The notes beneath the pieces are model-generated. The model was not told the origin of the DNA, made no database searches, and worked only from the letters and a program-made list of their open reading frames with translations. Positions 18,645 to 28,157 of a stretch of 64,000 bases of DNA are shown piece after piece. Numbering within the stretch: the first letter of the stretch is position 1; the number at the start of each line of letters is the position of its first letter. Source of the stretch: a virus; the UHGV virus genome UHGV-1351772; one strand, given 5' to 3'. Both the position numbers and the translations under genes were made by a program.

Positions 18645-19121
18645 CTAATAAATCTTATCCGCAACAGAGAGAAAGATGGGGGTGTTTTCAATAAAATCCA
18701 CCAAATATCCTTCTTCCGGCGGGGCGTATGACGAATCAACGTTACTGTTCGTCATACGAAAATACCGACGGGAGTCACTGGCAATAAACCATCGGTCTAT
18801 TTGGAAGCCTTTTTTGGAAAAGAAACACAGTCCGTCAATGTTTGAGGGATGCACACGACACATCACCATTTGACGATCTGAATTAAGTTGAACGTATTTC
18901 AGTAAAAAGGAACCTACACCGCTACGGCGAGAACCTTCGGCCACTACCAGATAGATAAGATTCCCCGGCTCCCAGATTGCAACCCCATGTGTAATATCAT
19001 CTTCAACGGCCAACGTGATTCTAACTGGCGTTTCCCGAATCGAATTTAAGTCTTTGACGTATTCACGTAATTCAGGAAATTTAGCGGAAATTTTGTCTTC
19101 GGTAATATCTAACTGCTGCAT
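18645..19121 (-). CDS. GNAT-family acetyltransferase
   Basis: VVAEGSRRSGVGSFLLKYV motif. Confidence 0.55.
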   Translation of the reverse strand: MQQLDITEDKISAKFPELREYVKDLNSIRETPVRITLAVEDDITHGVAIWEPGNLIYLVVAEGSRRSGVGSFLLKYVQLNSDRQMVMCRVHPSNIDGLCFFSKKGFQIDRWFIASDSRRYFRMTNSNVDSSYAPPEEGYLVDFIENTPIFLSVADKIY

Positions 19122-19774
19122 TATTGTTCCCCTATCGATAAAACGTTTTTAACAAATTCATCCCACGTGGTGTTCCCACCAGAAGTAAATAAACTGCTAA
19201 GTGGAACGTTTCGATGCTGTGGAATAATCGCATCGAGCTTCGTTACTGGAACTTCGCTCCATAAAGCCCAACCGTACAACCCTTCCACCGTTTTTCTCTC
19301 ACCTCGTAGGGATGGCACCCACCAGGTAAACTGTATGAATCTTTTACCACGACAGATTTTAAGGCTGGTAGTAAAACCGTGGTCTAACATCCGAACGTCG
19401 TCAAACTTACAATTAATCGAGAAAAGACCATAACGGGCAAGCAATCTCCTTATCTGTAACATTAGGTCGTTTTGGTATTTGTTCAGTGTGACAGTGTCTA
19501 CAAAAACCTGTCCCTTCCCGACCCCAAACCCTTTCTTTTCTAAATGCTCCGCCATTAAGGCAGACGTACTCCCCTCTACACCCGGACAATCTAGACTGCC
19601 GGATAAAGGTACTGCACGATAATAGCGATGGAGCGTCTCTTGAAAAGCCGCCGTAACAATTTTTTCCTCTTTAACGAAATCAACAATTTCCCCATTGGAG
19701 GTGACCAACGGTCCAACCTTCAGGTCCTGAATAGGTATCAGTAACGTTCTGGTCATTAAGCGTAATGGTTCCAC
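19121..19774 (-). CDS. hypothetical protein
   Basis: GTG 19774 with AGGAG 7 nt upstream preferred over track start 19801. Confidence 0.4.
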   Translation of the reverse strand: MEPLRLMTRTLLIPIQDLKVGPLVTSNGEIVDFVKEEKIVTAAFQETLHRYYRAVPLSGSLDCPGVEGSTSALMAEHLEKKGFGVGKGQVFVDTVTLNKYQNDLMLQIRRLLARYGLFSINCKFDDVRMLDHGFTTSLKICRGKRFIQFTWWVPSLRGERKTVEGLYGWALWSEVPVTKLDAIIPQHRNVPLSSLFTSGGNTTWDEFVKNVLSIGEQ

Positions 19775-19834
19775 AATAGCACTCCTTCTTTTAAGTCTCA
19801 CAGTATGTTTAAAAATTGTAAAAATAAAAAGAAG

Positions 19835-19860
19835 TAACCTCTACCCGAAGGTAGAGGTTA
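19835..19860 (-). terminator. rho-independent terminator
   Basis: taacctctacc cgaa ggtagaggtta, A-run upstream on plus. Confidence 0.65.
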
Positions 19861-19863
19861 ATG

Positions 19864-20442
19864 TTATTTCGTTGTTGGGCTTTCTGTCTTCGACTTAAGC
19901 TGGCCTGATTTCTCAAGCTTCTTCTCAACAACTTTTGTGGCTATCTCAAGAGACTTATAAGCCAACGTTTTAATCGGCCAAGTCGCAAAAACAACCAACG
20001 CAAAGAACGGTACCAACGTCACAATCAGAACATCTAAACTGTCTTCTGGAAAATGTTGATGCGTGTCATAACCCAGGAAACCGGTTACAACAACCGTCGC
20101 TAACGTCAGGAGGGCAATAATGAACTTCTGGGGAGCGGATAATTTCGGCCATAAGGTTAGCATGGTTTCTTTGCTAATCTCATCCCCTAGAGATTCCACA
20201 GCGTCAGTTGCCTGCTGATGGAATTGTTCTGATATTTTGCCTAAGTTATCGATTAGCGTCGGGCGTAAGTCGGAAAGAATCTTTGTTCCCGAACGGGTAA
20301 CGTCAACGTCGACGTCATCCCCATACGCCGCTTTCAAGAGTTTCGTTAACTGTTCAGACTGTTCTTTACTTAACTTTCTGTTTCCAGCTTGGATCAATAA
20401 GTCAAGTATTTCAGTGGGTAGTGCTTGTGTGCTCGGTTCCAT
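19864..20442 (-). CDS. membrane protein (two predicted TM helices)
   Basis: hydrophobic segments FIIALLTLATVVVTGFLGY and VLIVTLVPFFALVVFATW. Confidence 0.45.
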   Translation of the reverse strand: MEPSTQALPTEILDLLIQAGNRKLSKEQSEQLTKLLKAAYGDDVDVDVTRSGTKILSDLRPTLIDNLGKISEQFHQQATDAVESLGDEISKETMLTLWPKLSAPQKFIIALLTLATVVVTGFLGYDTHQHFPEDSLDVLIVTLVPFFALVVFATWPIKTLAYKSLEIATKVVEKKLEKSGQLKSKTESPTTK

Positions 20443-21086
20443 TATCGTTTTCTCCGACGCCTTCTCCGCCTGGAGGTCTTAGTCGACTTTTGTTTAGGCG
20501 GTAGCAGGCTGTTTAAGTTTAACAGATTTACCCTGACGAAAATATTTCCCACCGCCACAGCATCAATACTGTGCTCATCTAACGTTGTAATATCAAACAA
20601 AGCATGTTCGCGATAGAGCTTGGTCACGGCCCGAAACATATCGGTTTTATCCGTCCCCTTCGCTTCCACCCCAACGAATGATTTTACAATGATAGGATTG
20701 AAGCCGTGTAAAATTTTCTCCGGGTAAACGTCCCACAAAGTACGTCGCAACATTAATTGTAGTTCGACACCAGATTCATAAGCGGAGAGTTTTGCTCTCC
20801 GCATAAACGGTGTCTCTGTTGCAACGAAAGTTGGGCAGGCAATCCGAAGAAATTCACGGTAACAAGCTTCGAGCTTAACTAAACGATCGTCACGTTTACC
20901 GACACACTCTGCAAACGCATTTGGATGCGTTGGGTCTAATACATGCATGGTATCAGCCCAAACCACTTCGGCTTGATCGCTGCCGTATTCCCAATCCAAT
21001 ACTGCCATACCAAGATGGCTAGTACCGGGGTCTATTGCCGCGATTCTTACCATCTTATCTGGAAGTCTCGGCTCGGGTATCAACAT
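20442..21086 (-). CDS. RuvC-like Holliday junction resolvase with poly-Arg C-terminal tail
   Basis: VRIAAIDPGTSHLGMAV (cf. RuvC IILGIDPGSRVTGYGV), ATET and HSIDAVAVG acidic motifs; ATGA coupling to upstream gene. Confidence 0.5.
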   Translation of the reverse strand: MLIPEPRLPDKMVRIAAIDPGTSHLGMAVLDWEYGSDQAEVVWADTMHVLDPTHPNAFAECVGKRDDRLVKLEACYREFLRIACPTFVATETPFMRRAKLSAYESGVELQLMLRRTLWDVYPEKILHGFNPIIVKSFVGVEAKGTDKTDMFRAVTKLYREHALFDITTLDEHSIDAVAVGNIFVRVNLLNLNSLLPPKQKSTKTSRRRRRRRKR

Positions 21087-21973
21087 CAGTTAGCTGTCCC
21101 CAGGAAGAACGGTGCAGGCTGTCCGATACGAATGGTCAAAGACAATTTGTCATTCGTCTGTGCCAGGTTGGTAAACATCGAAATATAGTACAACGCCTGA
21201 ACACCGATCGCCTCGTTATAGCTGAATTTAGACCCAGTTGCAGAATCCCCGGACGCGACCTGGTCTAACCCTGAGCAGAGTGCCAGTTCAGAGATAATTG
21301 AACTACGCGGGCTACCACGCATAATGCTCGTTACGTTCATATATTCCTGAACATCAAAGTCTGTCCACGGAATAACCAGGTCAGCACCTGACTCCACATA
21401 ACGGCCATCTGGGATTGCAACGGTACCATCGTCGTCGTAATCGTAGTCCGGCAATACTTTCGGTACGGGGTTTAATTCCGTGTCTGTGTACACAAAGTCT
21501 TCGACGGTCTCAACACCGTTCTCACGCCTGATATCGTAATCGGTGGTTTTTACAGCGCGCATGTCGATGCGTTTTAAATAATACGCCCAGTATTCGCGTT
21601 TGTTAAACGTTTCCAAAGTACGAAAAGCGTAGTTCTTACGTTGTTCGTCAGACAGATCATTGTCTTTTGTACGCAGGACAAACGGAACGCGGGAAAACAT
21701 CCCGGAAGCAATAGGTTCTTTACCTACAGGCACAACGTCAGCCACCACATCAGAGGTGTCGACCATATGACCACGGTTGCCAATTGCCATGTACTGCAAA
21801 TGAGGACGCGCTTTACCGTCCGGCACTGGTGTTTGCATGAGTTTATAAAACTCATTCAGTGTGGATTTTTGCGGGTATTGCACGTCAGCACCGGTAATTA
21901 ATGCGGTAGCCAAACGCATCGCATTAAGCGTTACCGTCGAGAGTTTACCGTCGTAAACTTTGACATTAGACAT
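21086..21973 (-). CDS. hypothetical protein
   Basis: ORF track. Confidence 0.45.
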   Translation of the reverse strand: MSNVKVYDGKLSTVTLNAMRLATALITGADVQYPQKSTLNEFYKLMQTPVPDGKARPHLQYMAIGNRGHMVDTSDVVADVVPVGKEPIASGMFSRVPFVLRTKDNDLSDEQRKNYAFRTLETFNKREYWAYYLKRIDMRAVKTTDYDIRRENGVETVEDFVYTDTELNPVPKVLPDYDYDDDGTVAIPDGRYVESGADLVIPWTDFDVQEYMNVTSIMRGSPRSSIISELALCSGLDQVASGDSATGSKFSYNEAIGVQALYYISMFTNLAQTNDKLSLTIRIGQPAPFFLGTAN

Positions 21974-22493
21974 TGATTAATTCTCCTGGGCGGAACCCAT
22001 CCAACGCTAATTTCGTCACAAGAGACGCCAATTTGCGTGGGGTGGAATCAGTAAATACGACCGGAATCGTTCCTTTAAAAGACAAATGATTCGGGACGAG
22101 ACGAACATCATAAGAATCCAGCTCCTCTGAAATCGGCTCAATCATAATGTCGTCAGCACGCAGGTCAATCCCTGTTTGTGCAACGATATAATCAGCCAAC
22201 TCTTCGCTGGACGTTACTGCGCCTTTCGGTACACTCACCGGTTCATCGGCCAGGAACGTTGCCAAATCAACGCGAGTTAAAATGAATTCCTGGTTACCGA
22301 CAACGCCGTTACGGAAGACGGCAGCAACCTTTGATTCTAGTCCGTAACGTTGACGTTCTGCTAAAGTTAGTGGTTGAACGCCGTTTGCGTTAAACTCGAT
22401 GTTATCAGCAGTATAGGATAGACTAAATACGTAGTTAATCCGGTCTACTAAAATTTGTTTAGGTGCTTTCGTTAAATCGACACGATATGCCAT
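21966..22493 (-). CDS. hypothetical protein
   Basis: ORF track. Confidence 0.45.
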   Translation of the reverse strand: MAYRVDLTKAPKQILVDRINYVFSLSYTADNIEFNANGVQPLTLAERQRYGLESKVAAVFRNGVVGNQEFILTRVDLATFLADEPVSVPKGAVTSSEELADYIVAQTGIDLRADDIMIEPISEELDSYDVRLVPNHLSFKGTIPVVFTDSTPRKLASLVTKLALDGFRPGELINV

Positions 22494-22500
22494 GATTCTC

Positions 22501-24684
22501 TCACTTAGGTAGCTGGTCTAACGTAAACCCTTCGAGATCGTTAATTTTCACCTGTTCGTTTAACGCCCAGTCGTCAAGTGAAGACTTGACCTTAACAACC
22601 CCGGTGGTCGGTTCATTAATATCCACCACGACTTGCTGATTCACTCTCACACGGATACCCATGTAAATGTTCATCCGTAGTTTGATGTGTTGCGGCATGG
22701 ACAGCTCTTTAATCACCGGCGCTGCGGGAAGCACTTTGTCCGTCGTCATGTATTGGTGTCGCGTAACTGACTGTACGCCTAAGAGAGGTTCAATGATGGT
22801 AACTGTACCCTCCCCACTCATAGGGATATCCCCTAAGATTGGACAAAGCGGGTCCATAACGTCGTAAGAATCTGACCCCATCCGTGCAGCAAAATGTACG
22901 GTATACGACGAAAGCGTGGTCATTAATCGAACCATCGCGCGCTGTATTTCAGATTGCGAAATGGTTGCACGCGTTTCAAGGTTTGTTGCGGTGTTCAATG
23001 CATCGACTGCAATATCTTGCCACGTCTCTGCAGAGACCAACGTATAGTCTAACCCAAAGGTCTTAAAGAACTCGTCATAGTTACGATACTTTAACTTTAA
23101 ATCACAGCGATAATCACGATAATGGTAATCGAACAGCATTAAGCCCGCAGCACGATCGGGAATCTTACGCCGGTTTTGGCTGTAACGCCAACGGCGTCGC
23201 TTCTGTAAGATAATTTCATTAATCGTATCGTAAAGTTCGTCGGCACTGAGAATGGTCCCGACCACCTCGGTGTGGGTGTCGGTGTAGTAGTTAATCAGCG
23301 CATCGAAACGGTGTTCCCAACTCGGGATAAGATGTTGTTCCATTTCATCGAAGGGCACCCAACGTTTAATCAACACATCAAAAACGTTAAATACGGGGAT
23401 TTCTTCAAGGGCAACATCGGAGTAACCTTTATACGCCGCGTACAAAAACAGTGCCAACAGTTCTTTCGAACTTAACTTTAATGTATCGCCGTTCGTTGGG
23501 TTAAGAATCTCGTGGTAGATGTTGTATTTTCCCTTCGCTACCAAATGTACCCATTCATTAAAGAGGTTATGTGTGTATTCAAAACGCTCAATAGCTTCTG
23601 GGTCAACGGCGGTTACTTCTACGAGCTTCGTCGTTAAGTTAGGATATTGTGTCAGACTCAGTCGCGTGTCTAAGTCTTCTTGGTACTCTGGTTCGTACGC
23701 CGGGTTGTTATACGCTAACCCCACCTCTTTTTGGATTATGTCCGTAGTGGTAACAATATCCAAATCGCGTCCAGAGTCTTTCTCTGTGTAGTTTAAAGAT
23801 TGCTGATAACCGATAGGCAACGGTGTTAAGGTTGAATCGTCATCATCTTTCGGTTCGTGAATCTGCTGCGCAACATTATACCCAACCGCAGGCATTCCCC
23901 AGCCTGTCAGTAGCGCATCGATTTGCCAATCGAAGATCTCCTCTTTCCCTGAATTGCGTTCCCAGTATCGAATATTTCGATAAAGAATGAATTTTTGTTT
24001 CTGAGTCAGGTACGGCATAAACTCATGCAGTTCCTGGTGCGAAGCTAAAAATTCGGTAACGAAGAAAGAGTGTGTTTCTGTCGTATGCTGTAAAGAAGAA
24101 CGAATATAACCAATTATGCCCGGTAGCTGCGGAAACAACATGCAGTAGAAAGCTAACACAAACGCATCGTTGTGGACCTTCCAACCCTCAGCCATGTACC
24201 GGACGTGGGCTGCACGAATTCTCGCTTCCAGTCGGCTAATCAATGACGTCTCTTGTGATTCTACTAACGAACTGTCGTAGTACAAAATAGAACAATCGTC
24301 TACACGTAACGCGTAATTTAAATCGATTGGCGTAAAGACGCCGCGAATATAAACCGCGTATTCGGGATAAGTTGCGATCAACGCCTCGATATACTCGACA
24401 TTCGAACGAAAAACGTTAGAGGTCTTTTTATGACGGGACAGGTTGGCTGTCGTTAATTCTATCTGCTCTTGCGTGTCGAGCGACGTGATGTAAATGGGTT
24501 TATCCATTTCGTGACGTTGTCCTGCTAAATGCAGGTAGTATCGCCACGTACTACGGTTATCGGAAACGAAACCGCCGTTCTCGGTTATTGCCAGATTCAT
24601 CTGTTGTGCGATTGATTCTGATTTAATAATCAGCGATTTCGCCAACGCGATGTTCTGATCACGAAATATGTTAAATCTCTGCAT
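22501..24684 (-). CDS. large hypothetical protein (~727 aa)
   Basis: Track start 24741 would overlap divergent gene; internal ATG at 24684 (MQRFNIF) used. Confidence 0.45.
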   Translation of the reverse strand: MQRFNIFRDQNIALAKSLIIKSESIAQQMNLAITENGGFVSDNRSTWRYYLHLAGQRHEMDKPIYITSLDTQEQIELTTANLSRHKKTSNVFRSNVEYIEALIATYPEYAVYIRGVFTPIDLNYALRVDDCSILYYDSSLVESQETSLISRLEARIRAAHVRYMAEGWKVHNDAFVLAFYCMLFPQLPGIIGYIRSSLQHTTETHSFFVTEFLASHQELHEFMPYLTQKQKFILYRNIRYWERNSGKEEIFDWQIDALLTGWGMPAVGYNVAQQIHEPKDDDDSTLTPLPIGYQQSLNYTEKDSGRDLDIVTTTDIIQKEVGLAYNNPAYEPEYQEDLDTRLSLTQYPNLTTKLVEVTAVDPEAIERFEYTHNLFNEWVHLVAKGKYNIYHEILNPTNGDTLKLSSKELLALFLYAAYKGYSDVALEEIPVFNVFDVLIKRWVPFDEMEQHLIPSWEHRFDALINYYTDTHTEVVGTILSADELYDTINEIILQKRRRWRYSQNRRKIPDRAAGLMLFDYHYRDYRCDLKLKYRNYDEFFKTFGLDYTLVSAETWQDIAVDALNTATNLETRATISQSEIQRAMVRLMTTLSSYTVHFAARMGSDSYDVMDPLCPILGDIPMSGEGTVTIIEPLLGVQSVTRHQYMTTDKVLPAAPVIKELSMPQHIKLRMNIYMGIRVRVNQQVVVDINEPTTGVVKVKSSLDDWALNEQVKINDLEGFTLDQLPK

Positions 24685-24695
24685 CGGAGACCCCA

Positions 24696-27413
24696 ATGGA
24701 CGATATTTGTAAATTAACGGGCGACCCCGCCGTAGCTGCAATTCTTCGTAAAACTACGGGCCCAGCACCCCAGCAACAACGCGGTACGCGTAGCGAGGGT
24801 GGTTCTACGCCAACACGTCAGGAACTTGCAGGAATTGTAAGTTCGCGTATTCGTACTATCAAAAATGCGGAACGTATCTTTGATGCGTTACCTGAACTCG
24901 AAACGATTGTTACCATTGCAACTTCGAGCTTGCTGTCGACAAAAGACTTAATCAACACCACGTTGATTTACGACAACATCGCAGACATTCCAATTGACTT
25001 ACGCAATGACCTACTGACACCAACGCGTGATTATCATGATAACGTACGTCAATTACCTAAGAAATTATATCAGTGGATTTACGACGCGTTAAAAACAAAA
25101 GGCGCAAGTCCAGTGATGATAATCTCGGACAACGGATTTGACCAGTTGTTCGGTTTAGACGCCAAAGTCGCTACCGAGTCCGTACGTCATTCTCAAGCTG
25201 CCTTTTTCGAAGACCAGCTCGGTATTCTCGGCCCAATCAACGGGCAAGAAGACGGGCAACGCGTAGGTGTGGAATCTATACTGAGTCGTGTTCGTGGCCC
25301 TGTTAAAGGACCACAGTCGCTGAAAATCAATTTCAGTAACCACGATAAGATGTTCTCAGATAAGTTCGAAATGGACATCTCGATCACCGACAACCCACGT
25401 ATCACGTTACTACCCCATGCTTATCGTCGAATCGCTCATGAGAACGCACGTACTGGTCTCTACGGCCAATTAGAGCAAGCCGCATATGAAAAGCCTGCCA
25501 CACCGACAGGTGCTACGCCGTATGAAGTTAATCAACAGTTTAACGATCGTCAGCGTGACGCGGCTGAAAAAGGCTTCATTAACTTAGGCGATCTGAACGA
25601 AGCGTACAAAGGTACACCAAAAACTCAGACTTATGGTGATATTCCGATTATTTCGATGAATGAAAACAACCAAATCGAATATTTCGAATGTCTATTGCCT
25701 GCTGAGTCTACCGCACCGTTGGTTATCGGCGACGACGTTCGTAACCCTATTGGGTTTCTGACCATTATTGACGATATGGGTAACTTCATCAACTCACGTT
25801 CTTCACTTTACGGGGACGCGAACTTTATGAACTACCTTAATAACGACGGCATGACGGACAGTATTATCAACCGCTCTAATTTAGGTTTGGGTAATACCTC
25901 TCGTATAACGCCAGAGATCGCCAACCGTTTAAGTGCCCGTTGTAGCGAGATTGCTGAGAACGAATTTACCCGTGCGTTAAGCCAGGCATTGGGTGGAGCT
26001 GAAATCAGCATGAAAATTACCGAAACTTTCGGTCGTATTCTGCTGGCACGTCACCTCGCAAAACGTCACACACAGGTTGTCTATATCCCGGCTAATAACT
26101 TGTGCTACTTTGCAACGGACTTTAACGAAGATGGTATTGGGGTGTCTATCACCGAACGTTCCTTTATCATCTCTACGGTCAGGATGGCACTGTTGTTCGC
26201 AACGATGAACTCCTCAGTGTTGAACTCAGCACGTCACATGCAATACGACATTGAGTTATCGCCAGACGATATGAACGGTCAGAAAACGGTTGACCAAGTT
26301 AAATCAGATATTCTCAACTCCTATAACCGTCGTTTACCGATGTGGGGTGATATCAATGACGCTTGGTCAATGGGGGCTAATGCCGGGATTGCATTTAACG
26401 TGACGGGTAATGAATACTACGCCAGTCATAAAGTGTCGGTTTCGGACACAACGCCTGAGTATAAAGTGCCCGATCAACAAATCGATGAAAACTTACTCCG
26501 TCGTACTTGTCACATCGCGTGTGTAGACCCGGATCTTGTTTTGACGCCGGAAAACCTGGAATTTGCTTCACAGATTTATTCCAAGTCACTGCTGGTGACT
26601 CAGCAAATCGTGAAAAAACAAGAAATCCTATCTACGCCGTTAACACGCTACGTGACAAACAGTTTGCAAGCCTCTCCTAAGTTACAAGCAGAACTGATTC
26701 GTGTTATCGTTGAATATATTCGCAATCAGAATCCTAATGTAACAGGTGAAGACTTGACCAAACAGACGTCAGAGTATCTGGCGAAGTTCATCAATGGCAT
26801 GAAAGTCACCTTACCACCACCAGACACATCAGCTTCTTCTTCACAAGCGGATCTGTTTGATAAACGCTATGAGTTCATTGAGAAACTGGCGGATCTGGTT
26901 GTTACCGACGACATTTCGAATATGCTTCAGAATGAAGGTATCGAAATGCAGCCTGATGATCTCAAGACGATGATTAAATCGTTCTATACGCGTAACTGGC
27001 TGCGTAATCAAGGTATCGAAACCGATCTGTTTGATTTGATCTACGACGAAGATAAACGTGGTGAAAACGTCAAGATGATTTCTGATGAAATCGCAGCAGC
27101 ATCGAAGACGCTGATTCAGTTAGCTAAACGCACAACAGGTAAAGTTGAAACCTTAGCAAAAGCGGCTGATTTGAATCCTGAGGACGCCAATAGCTTCGGC
27201 GGGGGTAGCGACTTCGGTGGCGGCTCTGAAGACGACGGTGGCTTAGGGGGCGATGAGGACTTAGGTGGCGACGATATGGGCGGTGATGAAGACTTGGACA
27301 TGTCTGATGATGAAACGACGGAAACCGATACGACAACGGAAGAAGACGTTTCTGCTGAAGACACAGACGAGACGGATACCGGTACAGACGACAACGCCGA
27401 CGAAACTCTCTAA
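24696..27413 (+). CDS. large hypothetical protein with acidic Gly/Asp/Glu-rich disordered C-terminus
   Basis: GGAGA RBS before ATG 24696; C-terminal GGGSDFGGGSEDDGGLGGDEDLGGDDMGGDEDLD. Confidence 0.5.
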   Translation: MDDICKLTGDPAVAAILRKTTGPAPQQQRGTRSEGGSTPTRQELAGIVSSRIRTIKNAERIFDALPELETIVTIATSSLLSTKDLINTTLIYDNIADIPIDLRNDLLTPTRDYHDNVRQLPKKLYQWIYDALKTKGASPVMIISDNGFDQLFGLDAKVATESVRHSQAAFFEDQLGILGPINGQEDGQRVGVESILSRVRGPVKGPQSLKINFSNHDKMFSDKFEMDISITDNPRITLLPHAYRRIAHENARTGLYGQLEQAAYEKPATPTGATPYEVNQQFNDRQRDAAEKGFINLGDLNEAYKGTPKTQTYGDIPIISMNENNQIEYFECLLPAESTAPLVIGDDVRNPIGFLTIIDDMGNFINSRSSLYGDANFMNYLNNDGMTDSIINRSNLGLGNTSRITPEIANRLSARCSEIAENEFTRALSQALGGAEISMKITETFGRILLARHLAKRHTQVVYIPANNLCYFATDFNEDGIGVSITERSFIISTVRMALLFATMNSSVLNSARHMQYDIELSPDDMNGQKTVDQVKSDILNSYNRRLPMWGDINDAWSMGANAGIAFNVTGNEYYASHKVSVSDTTPEYKVPDQQIDENLLRRTCHIACVDPDLVLTPENLEFASQIYSKSLLVTQQIVKKQEILSTPLTRYVTNSLQASPKLQAELIRVIVEYIRNQNPNVTGEDLTKQTSEYLAKFINGMKVTLPPPDTSASSSQADLFDKRYEFIEKLADLVVTDDISNMLQNEGIEMQPDDLKTMIKSFYTRNWLRNQGIETDLFDLIYDEDKRGENVKMISDEIAAASKTLIQLAKRTTGKVETLAKAADLNPEDANSFGGGSDFGGGSEDDGGLGGDEDLGGDDMGGDEDLDMSDDETTETDTTTEEDVSAEDTDETDTGTDDNADETL

Positions 27414-27437
27414 ATAGCAAAAAAAATAATTCGAGCT

Positions 27438-27462
27438 TACTCCGACCCCAGAAGGGTCGGAG
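27438..27462. terminator. bidirectional rho-independent terminator
   Basis: actccgaccc/gggtcggagt stem, T-run on plus and A-run upstream. Confidence 0.65.
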
Positions 27463-27477
27463 TGGCTTTTCTTTTTT

Positions 27478-27777
27478 TCACCACGCTATCTCGTCTTTCT
27501 TAATAGCAAGGTCTAGCATCACTCCTATTGCTAAGGGATCGTTATCGTACGCCGTCAGTTTCGCTAACAGTTCCGACTGACCTGATTTCTTGACGGCTTT
27601 CAGTAGCTCATTGCGGGCATTATAGTAGATAAGCCAGTATCTACCGTGATTGATTTTGGTGTTTGAATGCTCTAATAAGTAGCGATTAAACTCCATGGTT
27701 GCTTTGGTTTCAGGTAACTCAAAACGAAAACGTGGGCTACGTTCGTAGTCTACATTAATAACGACATATTTAATCAT
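27478..27777 (-). CDS. hypothetical protein
   Basis: ORF track. Confidence 0.4.
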   Translation of the reverse strand: MIKYVVINVDYERSPRFRFELPETKATMEFNRYLLEHSNTKINHGRYWLIYYNARNELLKAVKKSGQSELLAKLTAYDNDPLAIGVMLDLAIKKDEIAW

Positions 27778-27835
27778 TTCCTCATTCCCTCACTATAGTG
27801 GGCGGCTATAATAAATTGGGGAATAAAAATAAAGG

Positions 27836-27855
27836 AGGAGAGCCGAAGCTCTCCT
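27836..27855 (-). terminator. rho-independent terminator
   Basis: aggagagc cgaa gctctcct after A-run. Confidence 0.55.
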
Positions 27856-27864
27856 GTGGGGCGA

Positions 27865-28113
27865 TTAGACAATAGCGGCAATACGTTCTTCTAACAACAA
27901 CTTCTCTGCGGCCATTACCTCCAGTTCCGCAGTGATCAGTTTCACTTGGCGATCGTCAATGAAAATTGGGCGTTTTTCAATGAACTGTTCGCGTTCGTGC
28001 ATCCGAACTTGGAGTTGGTATAACTCCAGATTAAGCTGTTGCTTTAAACGAGCGGCGGTATCAATCTCCTTTAACTCAATTTTTGTATTACTGTAATCAA
28101 CATAGGCTGCCAT
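27865..28113 (-). CDS. small coiled-coil protein
   Basis: heptad-like E/L/Q-rich sequence. Confidence 0.4.
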   Translation of the reverse strand: MAAYVDYSNTKIELKEIDTAARLKQQLNLELYQLQVRMHEREQFIEKRPIFIDDRQVKLITAELEVMAAEKLLLEERIAAIV

Positions 28114-28157
28114 GATACTGTCCTGTGGTGTCTATAGATTAGGGGGCACGAAGCCCC

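Noticed and set aside
27788-27822. CACTATAGTGAGGG resembling a T7-type promoter core
   Set aside because: Only a partial match that overlaps the RBS of 27478..27777; no other T7-like copies and no single-subunit RNA polymerase gene in the window.
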